Source: an uncultured Lentisphaerales bacterium (lineage in GTDB: Bacteria; Verrucomicrobiota; Lentisphaeria; JABSQK01; UBA12247). Taken from it: a stretch of 64,000 bases of DNA. Location of the stretch: assembly GCA_943788985.1 (NCBI GenBank), contig CALSSJ010000022.1:64001-128000 (forward strand). Direction: 5' to 3'. This document shows positions 10,025 to 19,169 of this stretch, one piece after another. Numbering within the stretch: position 1 is the first letter of the stretch; each line of letters starts with the position of its first letter. The translations under genes and the position numbers were made by a program. Below the pieces are notes generated by a model. It did no database searches and was not told the origin of the DNA. It saw only the letters and a program-made list of their open reading frames with translations.

Positions 10025-10985
10025 CGTTCTCTTGCCGTTGAATGTGGGCACGAAGCAGGCGCGATTCGGCCTGCGCCTTATAAATCTCCCGGCGCAAAGA
10101 GCCCATCTGCAGGGCGATGAAGCCAAAGGACAGGATCTGGATGCCGGAAACTGTTAGCAGCACGATGAGCGTCATCAACGGGCGGCCAGCTTCGAGCGTC
10201 GCGAAGAACTTGAGATAGGTGGCGTAGGCACCGCCCAGCATGCCCGCGAGTAGCAGCCCAAAACCGAGGGTGCCAAAGACGAGAATGGGGCGCTCGGTGA
10301 AGGAGTAGAGTAGGTGCGAGATGGCGGTACCCTTGAAGCGAAACTTGGATTTGCCCATCTTACGGGCGCGCAGGGTGCTGGGCACTTCCTTGAGGCGAAA
10401 GCCGGAACCGAGTGCACGGGAGAGGATCTCAAGGTGCAGCTCTTTGCCGTCGGATTCAAGGCACATGGCATCCAATACTTCGCGGCGATAGGCGCGGAAG
10501 ACACAGGTGAAGGTGTGGATTTCACTGTTGACCGTAGCTTGGAGCACGCGGTTGCCAAGCTTGCTGATGAATAGGCGGAACGGGTCCACGCCCTCTGTAT
10601 TTCCACCGGGCATGTAGGGCGAGCCAAGGACGAAATCTACTTGGGGGTCTTCGTAGAGGGCGTCAAGCAGGTCCAGGATATACTCAGCCCGATAGCTAAG
10701 ATCGGCGTCGGTCGAGACGACAAACTTACCGCTGGCAGCTGCGAATCCCGTGCGCAGCGCGCGTCCGCGGCCCACATTGTTGGGATAGCCAGCCGGTGTA
10801 ATGCGTGAGTCCTCTTTGGCGATCTGCTGCAACACTTCCCAAGTGTCATCGGTGCTGCCATCGTTGACAACGACTAGCTCCCAGCGCTCGCTACGGTCTT
10901 TGAAGGCTTCCTCGATCTTCTCGATCGTGTTGCGAATGTTCTCGGATTCGTTGTAGGCTGGGACAATGATGCTGACATCGATCAT
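10014..10985 (-). CDS. Family 2 glycosyltransferase (polyprenol-phosphate glycosyltransferase-like) with two C-terminal TM helices
   Basis: VSIIVPAYNE, VNDGSTD, DADL. Confidence 0.92.
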   Translation of the reverse strand: MIDVSIIVPAYNESENIRNTIEKIEEAFKDRSERWELVVVNDGSTDDTWEVLQQIAKEDSRITPAGYPNNVGRGRALRTGFAAASGKFVVSTDADLSYRAEYILDLLDALYEDPQVDFVLGSPYMPGGNTEGVDPFRLFISKLGNRVLQATVNSEIHTFTCVFRAYRREVLDAMCLESDGKELHLEILSRALGSGFRLKEVPSTLRARKMGKSKFRFKGTAISHLLYSFTERPILVFGTLGFGLLLAGMLGGAYATYLKFFATLEAGRPLMTLIVLLTVSGIQILSFGFIALQMGSLRREIYKAQAESRLLRAHIQRQENDDS

Positions 10986-10993
10986 GATCGGAA

Positions 10994-12106
10994 TTACTCC
11001 GCGGGAGCTGCGGGCTTGTCGGGCACGGGGGCAGTGTCTTGAGCTGCAGGAACCGGTGGATTGGCTGTAGTGGCAACGGACACAAGCTCAATCTCCCAGA
11101 TCTGCACGTGCTCGGGGTGAAGGCCTTGGGGCTTGGGCTCGCCAGCCAGCTCATACGGCAACAGGACGCGGCAGTGGCCGCCGGGCTTCATGGCACTCAA
11201 GACGGCTTCTGTCCAAGGCGCGACCTTTCCCGCGCCGAGCGGAACGGCAAGGAGGGCTTTATCGCCGAGCTTCTTCTCCCGCTCGTGTGAGTTGTCGATG
11301 ACGACTTCGCCGATCTGGATCTTGTAGTGAATCTTGGCGGTCTGGCCGGAAGTCGGTGCGGAACCCTTACCTTCCTGAAGAGTTTCGACGAAATGGCCAC
11401 CCGGCTGCTTGACGGCGTTTGGCCACTGGCTGGTGATCTTGACTTGGACCCGCCCCTTGCGCGCCATAATAAAGGCAGCCTTGGCTTGTTGGAAGGTGGA
11501 TTCAGTGGGGCGAAAGGCCTCTGCCTCAGCGCCCTTGCGGAAGATGACGACGCGTTCGAGCTGGTCGCCAAGCTGGATAGTCGGCAGGATTTCCAGCCCG
11601 CGAATGACTTTGCCAAAGGCGGCGTTTGAGCGATTCAGTCCAGGTTGAGCCTGGAGCATGATCATGAATTGGCTGCTGTTGGTGTCTGCCTCCATGGCGT
11701 TTGCCATGCTGAGTACGCCGGGGGCATCATGCTGGAGGTCGGGATGCAACTCATCGGGAAAATGGTCGCCGGTCGAGCCGGTACCAGTTCCGAGCGGATC
11801 TCCTGTCTGGACGACAAAGCCGGGCTTTACCTGGTGGAAAATCAGGCCGTCGTAGAAGGGAACCCCGGGGGGGACGATTTGTAGTTCCCGCGTGCCTTCG
11901 GCCAAGGCTACGAAATGGGTGACGGTGAGCGGAGCGCGCTTGACGTGCAGCTGCGCCAACATGCTGCCGCGGCTGGTGATGAGCTCAGCGAAGACGCCAT
12001 CTTCTGGCAGGTCTGCCTGGGTGAAAATGGGCTCCGGGGGCTTGCCGCAGCCAACGGTGAAAAAGAGAACGATCGCACAGAAGACGCTGTAATGTATAGC
12101 TCGCAT
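10994..12106 (-). CDS. Lipoprotein peptidyl-prolyl isomerase: cyclophilin domain plus FKBP-like domain
   Basis: FYDGLIFH, QTGDP, GVLSMAN, NSSQF, FGKV; then EGKGSAPTSGQTAKIHY...MKPGG...LLPYELA. Confidence 0.88.
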   Translation of the reverse strand: MRAIHYSVFCAIVLFFTVGCGKPPEPIFTQADLPEDGVFAELITSRGSMLAQLHVKRAPLTVTHFVALAEGTRELQIVPPGVPFYDGLIFHQVKPGFVVQTGDPLGTGTGSTGDHFPDELHPDLQHDAPGVLSMANAMEADTNSSQFMIMLQAQPGLNRSNAAFGKVIRGLEILPTIQLGDQLERVVIFRKGAEAEAFRPTESTFQQAKAAFIMARKGRVQVKITSQWPNAVKQPGGHFVETLQEGKGSAPTSGQTAKIHYKIQIGEVVIDNSHEREKKLGDKALLAVPLGAGKVAPWTEAVLSAMKPGGHCRVLLPYELAGEPKPQGLHPEHVQIWEIELVSVATTANPPVPAAQDTAPVPDKPAAPAE

Positions 12107-12183
12107 GGGGGCCCTGAGCAGGTGACTAGATAAACGCGGAAGGTAGCTGCTGACGCGCCAAACTCAACGAAACTGAGGGTAGG

Positions 12184-12351
12184 CTAGTGTGGTGCATCAC
12201 AAGTTCGTCGGAAAAGTGCGAGGGCCCTTCGGCGCTCCACCGCACTGGCGACACCTCGCCGATGACCCAGCATCGACTCGTATCACCAGCGCACCGGAGC
12301 ACCCAAAGTCCGTCTCGCATTGACCTGCGAATTCATGATTCACCACACTAG
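12184..12351. mobile_element. MITE-like non-autonomous element, copy A (168 bp)
   Basis: Imperfect 24-bp terminal inverted repeats: ctagtgtggtgcatcacaagttcg versus the reverse complement of the right end, ctagtgtggtgaatcatgaattcg. A second copy lies at 40433-40604. Confidence 0.75.
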
Positions 12352-15300
12352 GGATTGGTTCGGTGAATGGGATGCGCCAAATCCTGGATGAGGCCGGTGA
12401 GTTCAGCGAGCATGGCTGGCGGGCGGCGTGATGTCAGGCGCAGGAGGCCGCCGGTCTCGGTGCGGATCTGATGGCCGTCCATGGTGCGGATGCGGACGAC
12501 GAACTTACGCACTTGGATGTTTGCGAACTTCGCATTCCCCGTGTGAATGCGGAGTTCGCGAAGCTGAAGGGCCGCCTCAGTCTCGTCAGGCATCCGGCCA
12601 AAGCGGTCGCGCAGCTCGTCGCGGAAGGCGTGCAGATGCGGGAGCAGCTTGATATTGCTTAGGCGGCGATAGGTTTCGATGCGCAGAGGCTGCTCGGCGA
12701 TGTAGGTCTTGCTGATGCCAGCCTTGAGCTTGCCGGGCTTTGGACTGATCGAGAAGCTGACGAAGTCAAGATCCAGCTCGGGTTCTGCGAACTCCGCAAC
12801 TTTCTGGCCGCGCATGCGGGCGACGGCGACTTTCATCAGCTGGCAATACATTTCGAAGCCGATGGCTGTGATGTGGCCGCTTTGCTCGGAGCCCAGAATG
12901 TTTCCGGAGCCTCGGATTTCGAGGTCGCGCATGGCCAGCTTGAAGCCAGCACCGAGCTGGGTGTACTTGCGGATGGCGGAGAGGCGCTCGCGCGCGGTTT
13001 CATGCAGGACGACGGTGGTGGGTAGCAATAGATAGGAATAGGCCTGGCGATGAAAGCGGCCAACGCGGCCGCGCAGCTGGTAGAGCTCGGCGAGGCCAAA
13101 GCGGTCTGCGCGGTCGATGATGATGGTGTTGGCATTGGGGATGTCTAGACCGGATTCGATGATGGTGGTCGAGACCAGAACGTCGATTTCCTGCTCGACA
13201 AACCCCTTCATGGTGGCTTCGAGCTCGCGCTCGTGCATCTGGCCGTGGCCGATGGCGAAACGGGCTTCGGGGACGAGCTTGCGGAGTTTTAGGGCCACGC
13301 TTTCGATGGTCTTGACGCGGTTATGGAGGAAGTAGACTTGGCCACCGCGTTGAATCTCGTGCATAATTGCGCGGCGAATGATGTCATCGTCGTAGCGGGC
13401 GACGCGGGTTTCGACCGGGCGTCGCTCGAGGGGGGCGGTCATGATGGTGCTCATGTCGCGCAGGCCAGCCATGGACAGGTAAAGGGTCCGGGGGATGGGG
13501 GTGGCGGTCATGGTCAGGACGTCGACATTGGCGCGCATTTGCTTGAGGCGCTCTTTGTGCTTCACGCCGAAGCGCTGCTCTTCGTCAATGATGATGAGGC
13601 CGAGGTCTTTGAAGGCCATGTCAGGCTGGACTAAACGGTGCGTACCGATGAGGATGTCCACGCGCCCGGACACGGCTGCCTCGACGATGTCGCGCTGCTC
13701 ACGTTTGGTGCGGAAGCGTGAAAGGGCTTCGATCAGAATTGGAAACTGTTTGAATCTCTCTTGGAAGCTGGAGAAGTGCTGTTGAGCCAGGACAGTGGTC
13801 GGGACCAAAACGCAGACTTGCTTGCCGGCTAGGACTGCTTTGCAGGCTGCGCGCATAGCGACTTCGGTCTTGCCGTAGCCGACGTCACCGCAGATGAGTC
13901 GATCCATGGGGTGGGCGCGATCCATGTCTACGTAGACGTCGGCAACGGCGCGGAGTTGATCCATGGTGGGCTCATAGGGGAATGCTTCCTCGAAATCGCG
14001 GAGCAATGGATCGTCGGTTTCGAACGAAAAGCCGGGCGTAGCGTCGCGCGTGGCCTGAATGCGAATCAACTCAGCCGCAAAGTCGCTGACGGCATCTTCG
14101 GCTGCACTTCTCGCGTTCTTCCAGTAGGCGCCCCCGACACGACTGAGCTTGGGCTGAGTCTTGCCGTGGCCGACGTAGTGGCTGACCAGATATGCCTGAT
14201 CGAGAGGCACGTAGATGATGACATCGTCGTGGAACTCGAGGACCATGACCTCCAGCTGCTCGCCCCCGAGGCTTTCGTTCTTGATCCCGGCAAAGCGGCA
14301 GACACCGTGCATGGCGTGCACTGCGATCTCGCCTTTTACGAGTTCGGCACCCGAGTGCAGGCTGTGGTCTACGTGGTAGTGCTGTTTGCGTCGTCTCACC
14401 CGCGTCGTGGCGCGGCCGAACATTTCGGCGTCGGAGAGGATTGCGATCCTCCCCTCGGGGTAAATTACGCCGGATGGAAGCCGCACGGGCACGTACTCGA
14501 CCAGGTCAGCCAGCCCCTTTTCTTGGAGGCCACTGATATCAAGAAACCGCTGAAACTTGCTGACCTGGTCGGTGCAGGCAATCAGCTGGTAGTTCTGATC
14601 TAGCCAGGAATCGAGTTGCCGCTCGAGGTGCTGGCGGTGTAGGATTGCGGTGCTTTCCTCGAGCTCCGGGAGCATCGCGCCGAATTGCGCAGCGAGGCCG
14701 AAGAAGGGGAAGCGTTCGAGGCGTGAGACCTGCTCGGGGCAGCAGTCGCCGGGGGCTTGCAGATAGAGCCACTGATTGTCGGAACGGGCGATGCGTGCCC
14801 AAGTCTCATTCTGCTCCGGTGTCGCAAACTGCTTTAGGTGGCGCTCGACTTCGGCGGGCTCCATGACGACAAAGATCGCAGGACGATTGGCGAAGTAGTC
14901 AAGAAAGCAGACCTCATCGTCCTCAAGGAGGGTGCTCTCGCCGCGAGCGATCAGTTCGCACGCATCAAGCTTGTCTTGAGACCGCTGGGTCGCCGGGTCA
15001 AAGTGGCAGATGGTTTCCAGTTCATCCCCAAAATAGTCGAAGCGCATGGGGGACGTGTGGTTGGGTGAGTAGACATCCAAAATGCCGCCACGCCACGAAA
15101 ATTCGCCCGGTACGCGGACTTCGGCCTCGTTATCATAGTCTAGATCCACGAGTGCTGCAGCAAGTTTCTGTGGAGGCCAGTCCGTGGTTCCCGTCTGAAT
15201 CTCAATGCGCCTGTCGTGGAAAGCCCCGGGCCGCGGTGTCGCTACGATCGCGCCCATGGCTGAGGTGAAGAACAGGCCTTGGGTCTCTGTGGCAAGATGC

Positions 15301-15602
15301 AGAGTGCGGGCGCGCTCCGACTCGTTCTCCGGCATGAGGTGTCTGCGGGCAGTTTCGACCTCAGGGAGGATGTGAAAGTCTGCGCTGAGTTCCAATAATT
15401 CGAGGAGGGACTTGGTGTCGACCGCGAGGGCTTCGGCGTCGTTAAGAGTAGGGGCGACGACGACGAGCGTAGATGAACAACGCAGGTTTGTGGCGAGCGC
15501 CAGTGGGTAGCACGCGGGATCTGATTCACAGAGAAATCGATCCGTATTTCCGATGCCGCAGCGCTCGAGTCGCTCGGTGAATTGTGTGCGCCAATTACTC
15601 AT
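12348..15602 (-). CDS. mfd: Transcription-repair coupling factor
   Basis: RGGILDVY, CarD-like RID, GDVGYGKTEVA, DEEQRFGV, TATPIPRT, QLRGRVGR, DLEIRGSGN, TRCF C-terminus. Confidence 0.98.
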   Translation of the reverse strand: MSNWRTQFTERLERCGIGNTDRFLCESDPACYPLALATNLRCSSTLVVVAPTLNDAEALAVDTKSLLELLELSADFHILPEVETARRHLMPENESERARTLHLATETQGLFFTSAMGAIVATPRPGAFHDRRIEIQTGTTDWPPQKLAAALVDLDYDNEAEVRVPGEFSWRGGILDVYSPNHTSPMRFDYFGDELETICHFDPATQRSQDKLDACELIARGESTLLEDDEVCFLDYFANRPAIFVVMEPAEVERHLKQFATPEQNETWARIARSDNQWLYLQAPGDCCPEQVSRLERFPFFGLAAQFGAMLPELEESTAILHRQHLERQLDSWLDQNYQLIACTDQVSKFQRFLDISGLQEKGLADLVEYVPVRLPSGVIYPEGRIAILSDAEMFGRATTRVRRRKQHYHVDHSLHSGAELVKGEIAVHAMHGVCRFAGIKNESLGGEQLEVMVLEFHDDVIIYVPLDQAYLVSHYVGHGKTQPKLSRVGGAYWKNARSAAEDAVSDFAAELIRIQATRDATPGFSFETDDPLLRDFEEAFPYEPTMDQLRAVADVYVDMDRAHPMDRLICGDVGYGKTEVAMRAACKAVLAGKQVCVLVPTTVLAQQHFSSFQERFKQFPILIEALSRFRTKREQRDIVEAAVSGRVDILIGTHRLVQPDMAFKDLGLIIIDEEQRFGVKHKERLKQMRANVDVLTMTATPIPRTLYLSMAGLRDMSTIMTAPLERRPVETRVARYDDDIIRRAIMHEIQRGGQVYFLHNRVKTIESVALKLRKLVPEARFAIGHGQMHERELEATMKGFVEQEIDVLVSTTIIESGLDIPNANTIIIDRADRFGLAELYQLRGRVGRFHRQAYSYLLLPTTVVLHETARERLSAIRKYTQLGAGFKLAMRDLEIRGSGNILGSEQSGHITAIGFEMYCQLMKVAVARMRGQKVAEFAEPELDLDFVSFSISPKPGKLKAGISKTYIAEQPLRIETYRRLSNIKLLPHLHAFRDELRDRFGRMPDETEAALQLRELRIHTGNAKFANIQVRKFVVRIRTMDGHQIRTETGGLLRLTSRRPPAMLAELTGLIQDLAHPIHRTNP

Positions 15603-15776
15603 TTGCCAAAAAATATGTTGTAGCGTGTGATAAAACCGTTAAATTAATGAATTTGACCTTCGGCCTGAGAGCACGCGACTTGTGTTATTTTAGCTTTGCT
15701 GACGGTTAAGATATTTAATGCCCTGAGCCGGAGACGTCGCGGGGCTTCTATACTAGTCCCACTAATTTTCTAGCAG
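15603..15776. promoter_or_regulatory. AT-rich divergent promoter region between mfd and the sigma factor gene
   Basis: Sharply AT-rich intergenic stretch between divergent starts. Individual boxes not assigned. Confidence 0.5.
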
Positions 15777-16655
15777 GTGATGCCAGTGTCTGGTAAAACC
15801 GATACAATGAAGGCCTACATGCAGGAGATCGGTCAGATTCCTCTTGTAAGTCGTGAAGAAGAAGTAGATCTGGCCGCGCAGATTGCAGCAGGTAATGCTG
15901 AAGCGCGCCAGAAATTGATCCAGAGTAACTTGCGACTTGTCGTGAAGATTGCGCATGATTTCAAGGGTCTTGGCCTGCCGTTGGTGGACTTGATCTCTGA
16001 GGGCAATATCGGCCTGATGAAGGCGGTCGAGAAGTTTAACCCGCTGAAAGGCGCGAAGTTTAGTAGCTACGCAGCCTGGTGGATTAAGCAGTCAATGCGG
16101 CGTGCGCTCTCCAACCAGAGCCGTACTATTCGTATTCCGGTGCAGTCTGCTGGTAAGATCAACAAGATCAAAGCCACGCGAATCAAGTTGACAGAAGATC
16201 TCGGGCGTGAACCGACCGACACTGAGATTGCCAACCATCTGGATTTCAGCGAGCGGACAGTGACTGCACTGCGTCTGGCTGAGTTACGGACGTTCTCGCT
16301 GCAGGATCCGATCCAGCAGGGTGAGGATAGCGTATTTCAGGACATCATTCCTGATGCTGGTGCGTCTACCCCAGACGAGATGCTGTGTGATCTTGAGATG
16401 CTGCGCCGTCTGAAGGGCTTGATCGACAAGCTTGATGATCGCGAGAAGCTGATCCTGATTCTGCGCTTTGGCTTGGACGGAGCCCGCCCGAAGACGTTAG
16501 AAGAGGTTAGCCGGATCATCGGCCGGACCCGTGAGCGTGTTCGGCAGATCCAAAACCAGGCTCTAAAGAAACTGCGCAAGCTCATCGACGAAGAACGTGC
16601 CGCGCGGAAGGCTGAGCAGTCTGACGACGAAGACGAGGAAATGGCCTCGTCCTGA
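15777..16655 (+). CDS. Sigma-70 family RNA polymerase sigma factor (RpoD/RpoS-like, no region 1.1)
   Basis: YMQEIG, NLRLVVKIA, DLISEGNIGLMKAVEKF, FSSYAAWWIKQ, TLEEV...RERVRQIQ. Confidence 0.95.
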   Translation: MMPVSGKTDTMKAYMQEIGQIPLVSREEEVDLAAQIAAGNAEARQKLIQSNLRLVVKIAHDFKGLGLPLVDLISEGNIGLMKAVEKFNPLKGAKFSSYAAWWIKQSMRRALSNQSRTIRIPVQSAGKINKIKATRIKLTEDLGREPTDTEIANHLDFSERTVTALRLAELRTFSLQDPIQQGEDSVFQDIIPDAGASTPDEMLCDLEMLRRLKGLIDKLDDREKLILILRFGLDGARPKTLEEVSRIIGRTRERVRQIQNQALKKLRKLIDEERAARKAEQSDDEDEEMASS

Positions 16656-16717
16656 ACGCGCAGTTCGTTACTTTATTCGCTTTACAATTGAATTGATCCC
16701 TGCATTGAGGAGTTTAC

Positions 16718-16879
16718 ATGTCCGAGATTCGTATCAAAAAGGGTGAGCCAATCGACAAGGCTCTCCGCCGTCTTAAAAAGAAGATGGATAAAGAAGGCAC
16801 GCTGAAATCAATCCGTAATCGCCGTTATTACGAGAAGCCCAGTGAGGCGAAACGGCGGAAGATGAAGCGTCGTCGTTAA
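16718..16879 (+). CDS. rpsU: 30S ribosomal protein S21, 53 aa (below the ORF-track cutoff)
   Basis: MSEIRIKKGEPIDKALRRLKKKMDKEGTLKSIRNRRYYEKPSEAKRRKMKRRR, with GAGGAG RBS upstream. Confidence 0.95.
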   Translation: MSEIRIKKGEPIDKALRRLKKKMDKEGTLKSIRNRRYYEKPSEAKRRKMKRRR

Positions 16880-16921
16880 TCTCGGAAGGACTTCTGAGGA
16901 GTTAGTCTCCTCAGTTTATGT

Positions 16922-17008
16922 GCCGGAGTGGCGGAACTGGCAGACGCGCTAGACTCAAAATCTGGTTCTCGCAAGGGAGTGTGGGTTCGAATCCCACCTC
17001 CGGTACCA
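16922..17008 (+). tRNA. tRNA-Leu (CAA), long variable arm, CCA encoded
   Basis: GCCGGAG/CTCCGGT acceptor stem, anticodon loop CTCAAAA, GGTTCGAATCC T-arm, ACCA end. Confidence 0.97.
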
Positions 17009-17029
17009 TTGTGCCGTTCAGCACGACAG

Positions 17030-17065
17030 AAAGCCCGAAACGGTTGATCGTTTCGTGGCTTTTTT
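17030..17065 (+). terminator. Intrinsic terminator after tRNA-Leu
   Basis: aaagcc-cgaaacg...cgtttcg-t-ggcttt followed by a T run. Confidence 0.75.
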
Positions 17066-17084
17066 GTAGTTAGGGAGTGTCCCC

Positions 17085-17429
17085 ATGGAAAGAATGATAC
17101 GCGTGAACGCGTTACTCAAGCGCGAACTGGGCGTCGTTTTCGAACGCCTGATTTGTTCTGAATTTGAGTGCCTGATCACGGTCACTGACGTGGAAACTTC
17201 TCCCGACCTGCACGAGGGGACCGTTTACGTGAGCGTGTACGGCTCCGAGCAGCAACAACAAGACGTGATGCGCTCGCTGCGCAAGCGCCGCGGCGAAATT
17301 CAGCGGCACGTGAGCAAATCTATTACGCTCAAGTATATGCCCGTGCTGAGGTTTAAGCTCGACGGGCAGGCCGCAAGGGCCGATAGCTTGATGCGAATTC
17401 TCCGGGAAATTGAGGGGGAAGATGGCTAG
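17085..17429 (+). CDS. rbfA: Ribosome-binding factor A
   Basis: RVNALLKREL, ITVTDVETSPDL, VYVSV, PVLRFKLD; position before nrnA-truB. Confidence 0.93.
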   Translation: MERMIRVNALLKRELGVVFERLICSEFECLITVTDVETSPDLHEGTVYVSVYGSEQQQQDVMRSLRKRRGEIQRHVSKSITLKYMPVLRFKLDGQAARADSLMRILREIEGEDG

Positions 17430-18414
17430 CGCCGAGGCTCTTTCCTTTCAGCTATGGCTTGCGGAGCGGAAGAATATCCTGCTATTGACCCATGCCCGGC
17501 CGGACGGCGACGCGATTGGGTCCTTGCTTGGCGCGTTTTACGCGCTGCGAAATGTCTGCACGGTTCACCCGTTCAGCAATGACCGATTTCCTGCGCGCTA
17601 CCACGCCTATGCCCCGAAGGAATTGCAGATGGGCGGTAAGCTTGATCCGGCCGCGTACGACGGCGTTCTTTGCCTAGATTCCGCAACCGAGGAGCGTCTG
17701 TCGCTGCCGCAGGGGATGAAGCTCAGTCACTTTTCCGGCGCGCACTGCGTGCTCGACCATCACATCGATAACCCAGGGTACGCCGCGCTGTCGATTGTGG
17801 ACCCGACTGCAGCTGCAGCCGCGGAGTTATTGTACCGTCTGCTCAGTGAATGCGAGGTGGAGATCTGTGCGAACGCCGCAACGGCGATGTTGCTGGGAAT
17901 AGTGACCGACACTGGCGGCTTTCGCTTTGCGAATACGACTCCAACTACATTTCATACAGCGGCCGCCCTGCTTGCTGCTGGCGCGGATCATAATCGGGTG
18001 ATGAACAGCGTTTTTTTTAACGATCCACCGGGCTTAATGCGGCTGCGAGCCGCAGTGGTCGAGGGGATGAAGGTCGAACTGGACGGGCGCCTGGTCTACT
18101 TTGAAGTGACCGATGAACTACTGGCGCGGTTTGACGTGGACCCTCGCAACACAGAAGACCTGATTGAAGCCGTCCGCGTTGCCGCCGGTGCTGTCATCGT
18201 CTGTCGACTGTCGAAAGTGAATGATGGTGTGCGATTTTCATTGCGGTCGAAAGATCCGTCGGTGTCTATCATCGAGATCGCGCACGCAATAGGCGGCGGC
18301 GGGCATCGGCTTTCGGCTGGCGCCCACGCCAAAGATGTGACGATGGTGCAGGCAGTTGAACTGCTGCGCACTGAAGCAAAAAAGGTATTGAATGGACAAG
18401 AAGGTTCTCACTGA
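17422..18414 (+). CDS. nrnA: DHH/DHHA1 phosphoesterase (nanoRNase/pAp phosphatase)
   Basis: HARPDGDAIGS, LDHH, TDTGGF, FSLRS, GGGGH. Confidence 0.92.
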   Translation: MASAEALSFQLWLAERKNILLLTHARPDGDAIGSLLGAFYALRNVCTVHPFSNDRFPARYHAYAPKELQMGGKLDPAAYDGVLCLDSATEERLSLPQGMKLSHFSGAHCVLDHHIDNPGYAALSIVDPTAAAAAELLYRLLSECEVEICANAATAMLLGIVTDTGGFRFANTTPTTFHTAAALLAAGADHNRVMNSVFFNDPPGLMRLRAAVVEGMKVELDGRLVYFEVTDELLARFDVDPRNTEDLIEAVRVAAGAVIVCRLSKVNDGVRFSLRSKDPSVSIIEIAHAIGGGGHRLSAGAHAKDVTMVQAVELLRTEAKKVLNGQEGSH

Positions 18415-19108
18415 GAGCGGAATTTTGCTCGTGGACAAGCCCCTGGATTGGACCAGCCATGATGTGGTCGGGTTCATACGGCGGTTTGGATTTAAGAAAG
18501 TTGGGCACTGCGGGACGCTTGATCCCAAGGCGACCGGACTGTTGGTGGTGGTCCTAGGACGTGCGACCAAGCTGTCTGAGAAGCTTACGGGCCAGCAGAA
18601 GTACTACACGGGGACCCTGGAGTTGGGCATCTCGACGGACAGCTACGACGTAGAAGGCAAGGTGATTTCAACGCGACCGTGGGAGGCTGTCAGCGAGGAG
18701 CGGATCCGTGAGGAGTTCGACACGTACAGCCAGATTACTGAGCAAATCCCCCCGATGGTCTCCGCGAAGAAGGTGAAGGGCAAGGAGCTGTACAAGTACC
18801 ACCGGGAAGGCAAGGAAATCGAAAGAGAGGCGCGGCCGGTGAAGATCGACTCCTTGGATGTGCTGGAGGTCGCGAGGCCCCGTGTGAGCTTCGAATTAGT
18901 GTGCAGCAAGGGCTTCTACGTCCGGACCCTCTGCAATGATATTGGCGAGACGCTTGGCTGCGGCGGACACCTCGCCGGGTTGCGGCGGACCAGGAGTGGG
19001 CGCTTTTCGATCGATGATGCCGTCGATATCGAGACGCTGCGCACGTGGCGCAAAGAGCATATTCTGGAGCGCATGATCCCACTGGCTTCTGCGGTGAGTT
19101 ACATCTGA
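18392..19108 (+). CDS. truB: tRNA pseudouridine(55) synthase, short form
   Basis: DKPLDWTSHDVV, KVGHCGTLDP, CSKGFYVRTL, LRRTRSG. Confidence 0.96.
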   Translation: MDKKVLTESGILLVDKPLDWTSHDVVGFIRRFGFKKVGHCGTLDPKATGLLVVVLGRATKLSEKLTGQQKYYTGTLELGISTDSYDVEGKVISTRPWEAVSEERIREEFDTYSQITEQIPPMVSAKKVKGKELYKYHREGKEIEREARPVKIDSLDVLEVARPRVSFELVCSKGFYVRTLCNDIGETLGCGGHLAGLRRTRSGRFSIDDAVDIETLRTWRKEHILERMIPLASAVSYI

Positions 19109-19169
19109 TTTTCGACTTTCGGCTGCGAGGGCGCGGTAGTAGGCGTCTCCTCGGCGATGCGTTTCCTTT

